A stretch of 64,000 bases of DNA from a virus: the IMG/VR virus record IMGVR_UViG_3300031910_000005, positions 211-64,210 of that record; one strand, given 5' to 3'. Made by a program: the position numbers and the translations under genes. This document shows positions 1-9,601 of this stretch, piece after piece. The notes under the pieces were generated by a model. That model ran no database searches. It was given only the letters and a program-made list of their open reading frames with translations, and was not told the origin of the DNA. Within the stretch, counting starts at the first letter, position 1, and each line of letters starts with the position of its first letter.

Positions 1-939
1 CCCGGGCTTCGGCAGCACGATGACGACACCGCCGCCATCGTTCCCAGCCGCGCTCGCAGCGGCTTGGATGGTCTGGTACGGCGCCCCGGATCCCGCAGGC
101 CCGACGAGATAGCGCGACAGCCCCATGAACGGATCGAAGTCGCCGCCATTGAACAGCAGTTGCACAACGCCGCCGCCCGAAGCGATCACCGTCGCGATCT
201 TGCGACGGATGGTCCCGGGTGAACTGCTCAGCGTGCCCGCTGTGTCGTTGAGATAGACCGCCGTGCCGACCGGTGTGTCGATCATCGACACGCCCTGGAA
301 CAGCCCGTACACCCGCACGCGCACGAGGTCGCCGTTGTTGAAGGCGTTCGCGCCGCCGACCTTGCCCTCGACGATGCCGAGCTGCCCGGCCTGCCCCGCC
401 ATCGTTGCAGACGACGCCTTCGCGATGGAGGGCAGGTACTCCGCGCCCGGCATACCGACTTTGATCTGCGTGCGCGTGTTGACCATCACGACGTCGCCGC
501 GGTTGCCTGCGTAGCTCGCGATCATCACCTGGACGCCCGAGTCTGCGATGAGCGCGTCGAGCGCCTGCAGATTCGCGTTCGCGTCGCCCTTCCAGCCGAC
601 AGACGGATCAGCCTCGATCGTCTCCTGCGCGGCAGGATCACGCAGACGCGACTTCATCTGCCGCACGGCGACGACGACCTGCTGGACGGACTCGCTACCG
701 AGTCCGTGGTTCACGTCGAGACGGATGAGGTAGGTGCCCTCCTTCTTCGGCGTGAACGTCGGGTTCTGCACCGTTGTCGAGCTGAGCGCGTCCGCGGCCC
801 CGGCAGGCTGATCGAGTATCGACCAGAGGTACGAGACCTCGCCGCCGTTGTTCACGTTGTCGAGCTGAACGAGCGTGTTGATCGGCAGGTCCGTGTTGCT
901 GCCGATGACGCCGTTCACCTTGATGACTGCCTGGGCCAC
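1..939 (-). CDS. Tail fibre/virion structural protein, N-terminal part (runs off left edge); PKD/Ig-like N-terminal region
   Basis: Not in ORF track (truncated). GTG at 939 opens MAQAVIKVNGVIGSNTDLPINTLVQLDN...SYLWSILDQPAG...NPTFTPKKEGTYLIRLDV, open to base 1; directly follows baseplate genes. Confidence 0.7.
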   Translation of the reverse strand, partial: MAQAVIKVNGVIGSNTDLPINTLVQLDNVNNGGEVSYLWSILDQPAGAADALSSTTVQNPTFTPKKEGTYLIRLDVNHGLGSESVQQVVVAVRQMKSRLRDPAAQETIEADPSVGWKGDANANLQALDALIADSGVQVMIASYAGNRGDVVMVNTRTQIKVGMPGAEYLPSIAKASSATMAGQAGQLGIVEGKVGGANAFNNGDLVRVRVYGLFQGVSMIDTPVGTAVYLNDTAGTLSSSPGTIRRKIATVIASGGGVVQLLFNGGDFDPFMGLSRYLVGPAGSGAPYQTIQAAASAAGNDGGGVVIVLPKPG

Positions 940-947
940 GGATCACC

Positions 948-2159
948 TCACTGTGCGGTCGGGATGATGACGCTGATCGAGACGTGCAGCTTCGCGAGGA
1001 AGTTCAGGTCGAACACGTGACCTGTGGGGTCGAACTCGACGGGCGAGAACTGCACGTGCAGCACGTTGCCGTGAACGTCGAACGTCGGCACCGGATCCGG
1101 GAAGCGCTGGTTGATCGCCGATGCAGGCTGCGAGATGAGCGGCTGCAATGACATCGTGTTCTGCGCAAGCGCGAGCGGTTTGTATACGTTGACGCCGAAC
1201 GACGCACCGCCGATGTAGTTCAGCGTGATGTTCACGGTCGGCATCGTGGGCGAGGTGAGCGGCACGCCACCGTTCGCGCTCGCGAGACGGTGCAGGTCCG
1301 GGCCTTCGAGGTAGAAGTCGATCGCCCACTGCCCGCCACCGACCGGCGTCGTCGCGATGAGCGCTTTGTAGCCCGGCGGAAGCGACTGGCTGCCGCGGAT
1401 GATGTTGCCGATCGTGCCCGAGCCGACGACGAGATCGACGAGCGCTTCGACGCCAGCGACCAGCACGCCGTTGGGCGAGAACGTGCGTCGCACGTCAGTG
1501 ATGTTCGCAGCGGTGAGCGCGACCGCACCCGCAGGCACATAGACCTGCGCAACGGCGGTGTACCCCGCATCGACAGCAGGAGCCGCAGGCGTCGCACCCG
1601 GGGTGCCTTGCTTGTAGTTGATCGCCGCGACGCCGCCGAAGCTCAGCGAGCTGTCGATCGCCCACGTGAGCGTCTTGTTCACGAGCTCCGGCAAGAACTG
1701 CTTCGCGATGAGATCGAACACGTCGCGCGTCTGCGGGTTCGTCGAAGGCTGCCGCAGGTACGTCACCTCGATGAGGTCGATGCGAGGCTGCCCTGGATCC
1801 GCGGCGGGCACGGTGATGTTCTGCGGCGCGAGCAGCAGAATCGGCTTCTCGGGCGAGAGATCGTTCAGCCCCAGGACGCCGTTGATGTTTCCGGGCACGT
1901 CTGCCGGGTTGTTCAGGAACCCGAGACCCGAGCGCAGCGTCACCGTCATTCCGGCGACGTCCGCCTTCAGCGAGTCGGCAATGAAACCCGTCGGCGCAAG
2001 CACGCCGCTCGTGCTCGAGAACGGCCCGTGCATCCCGAACATGAGCTGCACGAGCTGACGCAGGGAGTAGTCCTCCTGCGCTGCCTGCGCATTGTTGTCG
2101 TTGGTGAGCGGCCGCTCGCGCGGGTTCCATACGACTCGATCGAAGGGATTGTTCGCCAC
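948..2159 (-). CDS. Baseplate/tail-fibre attachment structural protein
   Basis: 403 aa; PAAPAVDAGYTAVAQVYVPAGAVALTAANITDVR motif typical of myovirus distal tail proteins; position after wedge genes. Confidence 0.6.
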   Translation of the reverse strand: MANNPFDRVVWNPRERPLTNDNNAQAAQEDYSLRQLVQLMFGMHGPFSSTSGVLAPTGFIADSLKADVAGMTVTLRSGLGFLNNPADVPGNINGVLGLNDLSPEKPILLLAPQNITVPAADPGQPRIDLIEVTYLRQPSTNPQTRDVFDLIAKQFLPELVNKTLTWAIDSSLSFGGVAAINYKQGTPGATPAAPAVDAGYTAVAQVYVPAGAVALTAANITDVRRTFSPNGVLVAGVEALVDLVVGSGTIGNIIRGSQSLPPGYKALIATTPVGGGQWAIDFYLEGPDLHRLASANGGVPLTSPTMPTVNITLNYIGGASFGVNVYKPLALAQNTMSLQPLISQPASAINQRFPDPVPTFDVHGNVLHVQFSPVEFDPTGHVFDLNFLAKLHVSISVIIPTAQ

Positions 2160-2168
2160 GGTCCTACC

Positions 2169-3830
2169 TCACTGGCCTTGGAGTTCGATGAGAGCGCCGA
2201 CGCCGCCGGCGCTGATGTCCTGAATGAGCTGCCAGAACGCAGCGTAGATGGCGTTCTTCTGCACGTCCACGCCGTCATAGAAGCCGTGGAACACGCCCGT
2301 GATGTCCGACGGCATATCATACGCCGCAGTCCCGCGATGCCCGAGCATCGTGCCGACGACCACTTCCTGGTCAGTCTGCGTGGTCGCGGTGTCGTCGAAG
2401 ACCATGCCCCAGTCCTCGAGCGTGGGGAAGTTCGGCACCGCGACGACGAACGCTCCGCGCGCTTCGAGCTCGTCGAGCCAGCGGTTGAAGTACGGCAGCG
2501 CGTTCGCAGGCCGCGTCGGATCGTTCGGGTCCCACGCCAGGCGCGGGTCATCGTACGTGAACAGGTTCGGATCGTAGTTCGGGTTCCAGTTCGGATCGTA
2601 GTGGGGGCTCCCCGGGTCGATCTGCGGCAGGTACGTCGGTGACCCTGCGTTCGGCGACGGTGCGTCGAAGCACGTCTGGTAACGCACGTCCCACAGCTCC
2701 TCGAACGCGACCTGCATCCCGTACGGTGCGAAGAACGCAGTCATCGCGCGCACGATCGCGTCCGGCGACACGGTGTCGGGGAGCGTACGAATGCGCAGTG
2801 CGTAGGCCGGGTCGAGCTCGCCGACGTGACGGATCACGCCGCGATCCTCACCGAGCCCGTCGAGCATCGGGTCCGCACCGCCCTGCGTGTCCACGATCTG
2901 CTGCACGATGATGGTCGGGTCGATGAACGTCGGGACCGTCGGCGCCGCCGGCGCGGTCTGGACGAAGTGTCGAATCGTGTCGATCTCGCCTGCGAGCGTC
3001 TCGCCGCGGCTCGTGACGACGCGCCCTCGCACGTTCCACTGCCAGCCCGGAGCGACGGCCTGCACCGTCGCAGCGATCGGGCCGAGGTCGAGAGCGCCGA
3101 ACACTGCGTCCTGCGTGGTGACGAAGTCACGCCCGCCCTTCGACGTCGTGATGACTGTCCCCGCCTTCACGATCACAGCACCCGCAGCCGCGCTCGGGCG
3201 CAGGAACTCGACAGTGCCTGTCGCGAGCGCACCACCGGTAGCGAACATGATGATCGCGCCCTGCTCGAGACGAGAGACTGCGGAGCTGATGCGCGCACCG
3301 ACAGCGGCGTACGCCTGGAGCATCTCGTAGCCGCTGCCCGCGCCGGTCTTCAGGGGCGCGATCCAGTTCGCGTCCATGATGCGATCGAACACGCCGAGGA
3401 AGTACGCTTGCGCGTGCTGCACGACGGGCGCGGCAGACGACGGCCCGGCCGTCGGGAACACAGGGATCAGCGACCCCGGATCTGGCAGCGGTGGAGGCAG
3501 CGCAAGCGTCCACGACGTTGCGAGTACAGTCTCTCCACCAGCCACGTCCTCCGCGTAGACGGTGACGGTAGGAGCGTCCGGCCACACCGGGTTCCGGCAG
3601 ACCGAGTAGTGGAAGCCGCCGGCGATCGCAGTCCGCGCGCTGGTTGCACGATATTGCTCCGTGAAGTTGGTGCCATCGTGGACGAGCTCGGTCGTTCCTA
3701 CCCCCGGGTACGTTGCAGTGACGAAGACGCGGAGCAGCCCCGCGACCGACGTGACGTCGAACGACACAGGCGTGTTCGACGCCAGCGGCGTTCCTGCGGC
3801 AGGTACGATGTTGTTGATGACCGGCGGCAC
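2169..3830 (-). CDS. Baseplate wedge protein (J-like segment plus gpI-like segment)
   Basis: 553 aa; ATGTVEFLR...VIVKAGTVITT..FVTTQD and LDGLGEDRGVIRHVGELDPAYALRI motifs. Confidence 0.65.
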   Translation of the reverse strand: MPPVINNIVPAAGTPLASNTPVSFDVTSVAGLLRVFVTATYPGVGTTELVHDGTNFTEQYRATSARTAIAGGFHYSVCRNPVWPDAPTVTVYAEDVAGGETVLATSWTLALPPPLPDPGSLIPVFPTAGPSSAAPVVQHAQAYFLGVFDRIMDANWIAPLKTGAGSGYEMLQAYAAVGARISSAVSRLEQGAIIMFATGGALATGTVEFLRPSAAAGAVIVKAGTVITTSKGGRDFVTTQDAVFGALDLGPIAATVQAVAPGWQWNVRGRVVTSRGETLAGEIDTIRHFVQTAPAAPTVPTFIDPTIIVQQIVDTQGGADPMLDGLGEDRGVIRHVGELDPAYALRIRTLPDTVSPDAIVRAMTAFFAPYGMQVAFEELWDVRYQTCFDAPSPNAGSPTYLPQIDPGSPHYDPNWNPNYDPNLFTYDDPRLAWDPNDPTRPANALPYFNRWLDELEARGAFVVAVPNFPTLEDWGMVFDDTATTQTDQEVVVGTMLGHRGTAAYDMPSDITGVFHGFYDGVDVQKNAIYAAFWQLIQDISAGGVGALIELQGQ

Positions 3831-3838
3831 CTGCTACC

Positions 3839-5038
3839 TCACAGCGAGTCGGGGTTGCTCGTGCTCTGGATCGCCTGGTCGGGGAGCTGCCCGACCGCGA
3901 GCACGAAGGCCATGGACGTGCGCAGCACCTGCAACGGTTGCGTGATGACGTCGCCGGTCGGGCTGACGATCTCGGTCCCAGTCACCACGAGCCCCTGCAC
4001 TCCGCGCAGCACGGAGATGAGCGAGGTGACCGTCATCGGTGCACCCGACGGCAAAGAGTTCACGTACGCCACAATCGCAGCGCGTGCGGCAACGGTGGTC
4101 GCTGCGATGTCCGCGCCCGCGAGGAACGAGAGCGCGAGCTGCACGGGTTGGATCACGACGGACGCGACGCGGACGTTGATGAAGATGCCCGCAGCGCGCG
4201 TGTCGCTCAGGCCGTCGAAGACCTGCTGCGAGAGGATCTGCGACTGCGTCTGATACGTCGCCGGCGTCGGCGACAGGTTCACGAGCGAGTCGGTGAACTG
4301 GTCGGCGATGATGAGCTGCACCGCGCGCGACGGGCGGCCCATCATGTCCAGCACCTCGAACGCGGTCGCAGTCACCACGCCCGCAATGTCCAGCGCGCGG
4401 GACTGGATCGCAGCGATCGTTCCACGGCGTGCCGTGGTGAAGAACGAGCGGGCACGGGCGCGGAGGCTGTCGTCCGTCTCGTCGTCCGTTGCGCCAGCCG
4501 TCGCGACGGCGTTGGTGACCGCGAGTCCGGCCGGCGCTCCGGTGATCGGTGTGATGATGGACGTGATCGTGCCGATCGCTGCCTGCTGGCTCGACCCGGC
4601 GAGTACGGAGCGGATCGCGACCGTGATCGGTCCTGCGGTCCCGGCAGGGAACGTCGTGGTGACGGTCGTGATGTACTGCCGCCCGTCGCTGGTCCCGAGG
4701 ACTGTGCCGGCGGGGATCGAGAACGCCCCCGCTGCGGGTGCGGCGAGCGAGAAGTTCACCGAACCGACGGCAGCGGACGCGACCTTGCGGACGATCCCGT
4801 AGCGATCGAACACGAGCCGGTCGAGGTCCTGCCCCGTCGCGGAGTCGAGGAACAACGAGGCCGCGACGAGCGCGAGCTGCCCGGTGACTTCGTCACCGAC
4901 AGCGGCCGCAGCGGCATTGAAGATGTTGGTCTCGGTGCCCGGTGTATCGACAACGGCTTCGGTGAGCTTCGCGTTGCGCGCGAGCATCTCGTCCCGGCCG
5001 ATGCGGAACAGGTCATCGAACGATGGAAGGTCAGGCAT
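3839..5038 (-). CDS. Baseplate J-like wedge protein
   Basis: 399 aa; ATGQDLDRLV, IPAGTVLGT, GATDDETDDSLRARA hallmark motifs. Confidence 0.9.
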   Translation of the reverse strand: MPDLPSFDDLFRIGRDEMLARNAKLTEAVVDTPGTETNIFNAAAAAVGDEVTGQLALVAASLFLDSATGQDLDRLVFDRYGIVRKVASAAVGSVNFSLAAPAAGAFSIPAGTVLGTSDGRQYITTVTTTFPAGTAGPITVAIRSVLAGSSQQAAIGTITSIITPITGAPAGLAVTNAVATAGATDDETDDSLRARARSFFTTARRGTIAAIQSRALDIAGVVTATAFEVLDMMGRPSRAVQLIIADQFTDSLVNLSPTPATYQTQSQILSQQVFDGLSDTRAAGIFINVRVASVVIQPVQLALSFLAGADIAATTVAARAAIVAYVNSLPSGAPMTVTSLISVLRGVQGLVVTGTEIVSPTGDVITQPLQVLRTSMAFVLAVGQLPDQAIQSTSNPDSL

Positions 5039-5050
5039 GGCTCGGCTCCA

Positions 5051-5875
5051 TCATAGCTGCACACCGCCATTCAGGGAGAGGGACTGCACGACCTGCACCG
5101 TGCTGCCGGTGTTGGTGAGCACCGCGTCCACTGTGATCGTGAGGATGCCGAGCGCGTTGTTCCACGTCGTCTGCACGCCTGCGCTGTCGATCACAGGGAT
5201 CGCTTCAATCGTACGAATCAGATCTGCTTTCAATCGTCCCAACTTCGACGGTGTGACGATCAGCTTATTGTTCATTCCAAAGCCGTAATCAGGCAGATGG
5301 AAGAACCCGCCAACGCTCGTCGTGATGGCGCGGATGATGAGCTTCTCGGCGAGCGCTGCACCGCCCTCGGTCGCGTAGTCGCCGCCGGGTGTCGTAGTGA
5401 CGGTGCCTGGCACGCCCGCAGTCTGCGGATTCGCGGCGTCGAAGTCAGTGACGCCTGCGTCGTCGTACGGCTTGCTCGCAGCCTCGAGTCCCGGGAACGT
5501 GAAGCTCTCGGGTGAGCTGATCGTGTTGCCCGATGCGTCGACGAGCGTCGTCGAGCTGACCGTGTGCGAGACCCGCCACCCTGCAAGGGGCTCGAGTGTG
5601 CGGATCTCGAACTGAATCGAGGACAGCATGCGCACGGTGAGGATCGTGAGCTGCGCGCCAGTGTCCCCGCGCACGATCGACCACGTCTGCGGGTTGAGCG
5701 CATCGCCGACACTGATGGAGGACTGCGCGAGCGGTGGCTCGGTCAGCGTGGCAATGACTGTGTGCGTGCTCGTCGCCATCGCGAACGTGAGACCGAGCGG
5801 AGGTCCGCCGCCGAGGCCACCCAGTCCGCCCCACGGCCCCAGCCCGAACGTGCCTGTGCCCCACGCTCCGCTCAT
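5051..5875 (-). CDS. Baseplate wedge protein with C-terminal gp25/W-like domain
   Basis: 274 aa; C-terminal KLIIRAITTSVGGFFHLPDYGFG...LIRTIEAIPVI pattern; just upstream of J. Confidence 0.7.
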   Translation of the reverse strand: MSGAWGTGTFGLGPWGGLGGLGGGPPLGLTFAMATSTHTVIATLTEPPLAQSSISVGDALNPQTWSIVRGDTGAQLTILTVRMLSSIQFEIRTLEPLAGWRVSHTVSSTTLVDASGNTISSPESFTFPGLEAASKPYDDAGVTDFDAANPQTAGVPGTVTTTPGGDYATEGGAALAEKLIIRAITTSVGGFFHLPDYGFGMNNKLIVTPSKLGRLKADLIRTIEAIPVIDSAGVQTTWNNALGILTITVDAVLTNTGSTVQVVQSLSLNGGVQL

Positions 5876-6654
5876 TGACCCTTCACCTTTGTCGAGAGGT
5901 AGGTGGTGTGCGCGTCTTGGAAGATCGAGATGGAGATACCGAACTGCGCAATCGCTGTCGCCAGTGTGCTCGCTGCGGTCGCAGCCTCGGAGTGGAGCAC
6001 AGGGTTCGTCGGCGTACCGGTTCCCAGCGCCGTAGCGTACGCGGCGAGCGCAGACTGCATGGTGTTGAGCGCGGTGAGGAAGTCGCTCAACGAGTTCGCG
6101 TAGTCGTTACCCCTCACGTACGCCTGCGAGCCGTCCTGCATCTTCACCAGGGCGCCGGCGGTGAGGTTCACGTTCGTATTGCCCTCGACCGTAATGTCGA
6201 TCTCACCAGTGTCGCCGGACGTGATGAGGCGGAGCTTCTGCCCCGGCTCGACGCGGATCACACGATCGTTGGTCGGTACGTCCGAGCCGTTGTCCTGCTG
6301 CGCAGCCTTGAAGTCGGCGCTGGGATGGTCCGCACCGCTCCACATGCGCGCGATGATGACGGGTCCGGTGTTCGGGTCGCCGTTCGGCACAGCCACGAGC
6401 ACGATGTCGTCGACGTGCAGCGGTGCCCAGTCGCCGAAGCCGTTGCCTGCGTACGAAGTGCCTACGAGCGCAGTCTCGAGCTCGCCGGTCGGCATGAACT
6501 TCACGTCCGCGAAGATCCCGTGGACCGAGTCGAACCCGAGCTGCACCACCGATGCGAGCGTGATCCACACCCGCGGGTCGATCCCCGGGCGCTGCACGAG
6601 CGCGCTGAGACGCGACGGATCGAACGTGCGACGGATGCTGCTACGCGGTGCCAT
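5872..6654 (-). CDS. Baseplate spike/assembly protein (gpV/Gp138-like)
   Basis: 260 aa; OB-fold-like N-terminus with PLHVDDIVLVAVPNGD; between hub and wedge genes. Confidence 0.7.
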   Translation of the reverse strand: MAPRSSIRRTFDPSRLSALVQRPGIDPRVWITLASVVQLGFDSVHGIFADVKFMPTGELETALVGTSYAGNGFGDWAPLHVDDIVLVAVPNGDPNTGPVIIARMWSGADHPSADFKAAQQDNGSDVPTNDRVIRVEPGQKLRLITSGDTGEIDITVEGNTNVNLTAGALVKMQDGSQAYVRGNDYANSLSDFLTALNTMQSALAAYATALGTGTPTNPVLHSEAATAASTLATAIAQFGISISIFQDAHTTYLSTKVKGQ

Positions 6655-8477
6655 CAGCCACCGCTCCCGCCGTTCGTGTTCACGGCCGCAGTTTCGAGCG
6701 CACCGAGGATCGCGCCCGCAGCTCCCCCGAGCGCCGCCGTTGCGCCGCCGGCGACGGCGACCGCGACGATCTCGCCTGCGGTGGTGCTCACGCCGTCGGG
6801 GACCATGCGCGCTTCGTAGTAGTTCTGGAAGTCGAAGTCGATGTCCAGCGCCTCGGCTGCGGTCCAGGTGTACTTCACCGTGGACACGCGGAACGCGCGC
6901 TGCGTGGGGGCGCTCTGCCCGCGCGAGGTTGCGACGATCACCTCGGCCAGCCGTCGGTCGCCGATGCGCGAGGCGATCTCGTTGACCTGTGCCTCGAACG
7001 GTGTGCGGTAGTGGTCGGTCACAGTGGACACGAGGGGCTGGCGCGCCCGCAGCTCCCGCACGTCGGTGTAGAACTCCACCGCGTCTCCGGGCTGCAACCG
7101 CAGCAGGTCAGGGTCAGAGTTGTCGCCGCCGAGCGACGCCAGGTTCCGCGTGCTCGCGTTGCCCGTGAACTCGAGCCGGGCGATCTGCTCGTACAGGTTG
7201 CGCGCGATCTCCTGCAACCGTCCCTGGTCATGGATGCCTGGCACGGGCAGCGTGAGGATCTCCTCCTGCGACTGCTGCCCGCCCGGAGCAGTGCGGTTGC
7301 GGCGCGCGGCTGCGGGTGCAGTCGGCATCGGCCACTGCGCCTGAATCACGTTGTCCAGGCCGCGATGCAGCGCCGTGACCGATACGCAGCGCACGGTCTT
7401 CGGCTTCGCGTATCCGCCGAACTTGCGGCTGAAGTGCAGCTTCTGGATGTCGCGCCCGTAGACGAGACGGCGCACGTTGAACGTGGTGTTCGTGCCTGGA
7501 ACGGTGCGCGGCTGCCCGTTCGCGAACGGCGTGCGCACGGTCGGGTCGAAGCCCGCGCGCGACTGATCGAAGATCGACCGCGCGGGACGGATCACGAGCG
7601 CGGTGCCACGGAAGTACGGGATCGCCCCGACGACATAGCAGAGCTGCACGATCAGATCCCAGAAGCTCATGTTGTTCGAGTCGCCCGGAAGCGACGCACG
7701 CCCGCCCGCGCGCTGCCCGCGTGCCCCACGACGATGGCGCGGGACCAGGTCCGCTGCGCTCGGCGCAGGGACAGTCTCGTTGGGCCACTCGGCAGGGTTC
7801 GTCTCGACGCTGAACTGGCCGAAGAGCAGGTTGTAGCTGAGGAGCTGCTTCACGACCGTGTTGATCGGCTGCGAGAGATCGAGCTGATCGAGGATCGTGG
7901 CGAGCACCCCGGGGGCGACGCCGATCGGTGTGTCCAGCAACGGAGCGCGCATATCGCGTCCGATGAGCGAGACCTCGGCACCGCGGTCCGCCTCATCCAC
8001 GTCCCACTGGTCGACGTAGGCGACCATCACGAGCGTGTCCTGGCGCGGGTTGCCGTTCGCATCGCGCGTGCGGAGTGTGGACGCGCGCGAGCCGTCGCGT
8101 TCCGAGCGCACCATGCCCCGGGCGAAGTCTGCGTGGCTGACCGACCCGAGATGGATCTCGACGGCGCACGCCTGCACCGTCCGCGGGTCGATGGGCAGGT
8201 CGCGAAAGTCGAACGTCGCGTTGAACGTGCCCGCCTGACGATACCCGGGGAGCTCCACGGACAGGTGCTTCGGCTGGCGCGAGTAGATGAACGACGCCTG
8301 CTGCGAAGCGCGTTGCAGCATTGCCGGCTCCTGCGTCGGCTGTCCGCTGGCACCGTCCTTCGGGACCCTGACGTTGTTGTCGACAGTGTCCGGTGGCGGC
8401 GGGTTCGCGTTCGGATTCAGGCTCTCGTCGAAGTAGAGCTTGAAGTTGACCGCGCACGCTGGTCGGAAGGTCGGCAT
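6654..8477 (-). CDS. Baseplate hub protein (gpD/Mu gp44-like)
   Basis: 607 aa; VSLIGRDMRAPLLD and RLQPGDAVEF motifs; synteny. Confidence 0.7.
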   Translation of the reverse strand: MPTFRPACAVNFKLYFDESLNPNANPPPPDTVDNNVRVPKDGASGQPTQEPAMLQRASQQASFIYSRQPKHLSVELPGYRQAGTFNATFDFRDLPIDPRTVQACAVEIHLGSVSHADFARGMVRSERDGSRASTLRTRDANGNPRQDTLVMVAYVDQWDVDEADRGAEVSLIGRDMRAPLLDTPIGVAPGVLATILDQLDLSQPINTVVKQLLSYNLLFGQFSVETNPAEWPNETVPAPSAADLVPRHRRGARGQRAGGRASLPGDSNNMSFWDLIVQLCYVVGAIPYFRGTALVIRPARSIFDQSRAGFDPTVRTPFANGQPRTVPGTNTTFNVRRLVYGRDIQKLHFSRKFGGYAKPKTVRCVSVTALHRGLDNVIQAQWPMPTAPAAARRNRTAPGGQQSQEEILTLPVPGIHDQGRLQEIARNLYEQIARLEFTGNASTRNLASLGGDNSDPDLLRLQPGDAVEFYTDVRELRARQPLVSTVTDHYRTPFEAQVNEIASRIGDRRLAEVIVATSRGQSAPTQRAFRVSTVKYTWTAAEALDIDFDFQNYYEARMVPDGVSTTAGEIVAVAVAGGATAALGGAAGAILGALETAAVNTNGGSGG

Positions 8478-9601
8478 CAGGTCGCCCCCGACGTGAGTCT
8501 CGGCACGAGCACGAGCTGACCGCGCGACAGCCGTGTCCCCGAGAGTTCATTGAACACGAGCAGTGGGCGCCACTGCAGACGCGAGCCGTAGAAGCGCTCC
8601 GCCACCGTGCGCAGGTCATCTCCTTCGCGCGCCGCATACACCCCGATGAGCTGGCTCTGGAGCGTGCGCGCGAGGGCAGCGCGCCGGGCAGCGGCCGTGC
8701 GTGCAAGCGTGCGCGCAGCACGGCGCGAGGTCGCAGCGTACGCTTCCGCGGCCACGACCTTGCCCAGCGGCAACGCTGCAATAGACCCCACAGCGGGGTC
8801 GCCTCCGCTCACGAGAGCGCGGGGTGGCTGCGCGTCGAAGGTCGCTGCAACACCGCCCGCGGTCGCGACCACGTTGTTCGTGGCTGCGAACACGCGACGT
8901 GCGGAATCGGGCGGCGTGGTGACGCCGGTGTACTGGACAGCGACGGCGTTCGCAGCGTCCTTCACTGCGTCCGCGATCGACGCGAGGCCCTCGAGCAGCT
9001 CGGTGTTGAACTTCTGCGGCACCGGCATCGGCGCCTTCATCGCTGCGTTCTGCAGCTCGTTGTTCTGCCCCGTCATCAGCGCGCTGGTGTCGGCTGCGGA
9101 GTTCACCTGATCGAGCACTGCGGGAGCGGTGTGCTCGCCGAGCGAGATCCACTCGAACTCCATCGTCCATGCGCAGTCCTTCAGGTTGTGCCACTCCTGA
9201 CGGAACTTCGTGAGGTAGCCGCGGCGCGTGATCTCGTTCCAGGTGACTTCGATCTCCTGCCCCTGGCGACGGATGTCGTCCATGAGCTTCACCGCAGCCA
9301 TCGTGGTCGTGATCTGGTCACCGTTGACCACGAAGGGCGCCGTGTTCCCGACGTTCGGGCCGGAGAGATACATCTCCTTCCAGAAGCCGTTGATCGACGT
9401 CGTACCCTCGCTCGCGCCCAGTACGGTGCCGGTGCCCTCCGGGTTGCCCGGGTTCCACGTGATCTCGACGCGCTGGTTGCCCTCGAGCGAGAACGGCCGG
9501 TACGGCAGCGCGCGCCCTGCGAGTGTGACGAAGCGCTCGAGCCCGGTGAGCTCCCGGATCTCGAAGACTGCGGCTGTGAGGATGTTGACGTCCGTGGTCA
9601 T
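8477..9601 (-). CDS. Tail tube initiator with C-terminal LysM-like domain
   Basis: 374 aa; C-terminal AREGDDLRTVAERFYGSRLQWRPLLVFNEL...LSRGQLVLVP; follows tape measure. Confidence 0.75.
   Translation of the reverse strand: MTTDVNILTAAVFEIRELTGLERFVTLAGRALPYRPFSLEGNQRVEITWNPGNPEGTGTVLGASEGTTSINGFWKEMYLSGPNVGNTAPFVVNGDQITTTMAAVKLMDDIRRQGQEIEVTWNEITRRGYLTKFRQEWHNLKDCAWTMEFEWISLGEHTAPAVLDQVNSAADTSALMTGQNNELQNAAMKAPMPVPQKFNTELLEGLASIADAVKDAANAVAVQYTGVTTPPDSARRVFAATNNVVATAGGVAATFDAQPPRALVSGGDPAVGSIAALPLGKVVAAEAYAATSRRAARTLARTAAARRAALARTLQSQLIGVYAAREGDDLRTVAERFYGSRLQWRPLLVFNELSGTRLSRGQLVLVPRLTSGAT

Noticed and set aside
6648-8519. Long plus-strand ORFs (also 18349-20871, 50513-52126, 58231-60063 and others)
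   Set aside because: Shadow ORFs antisense to clearly recognisable genes in high-GC DNA; Arg-rich, no motifs
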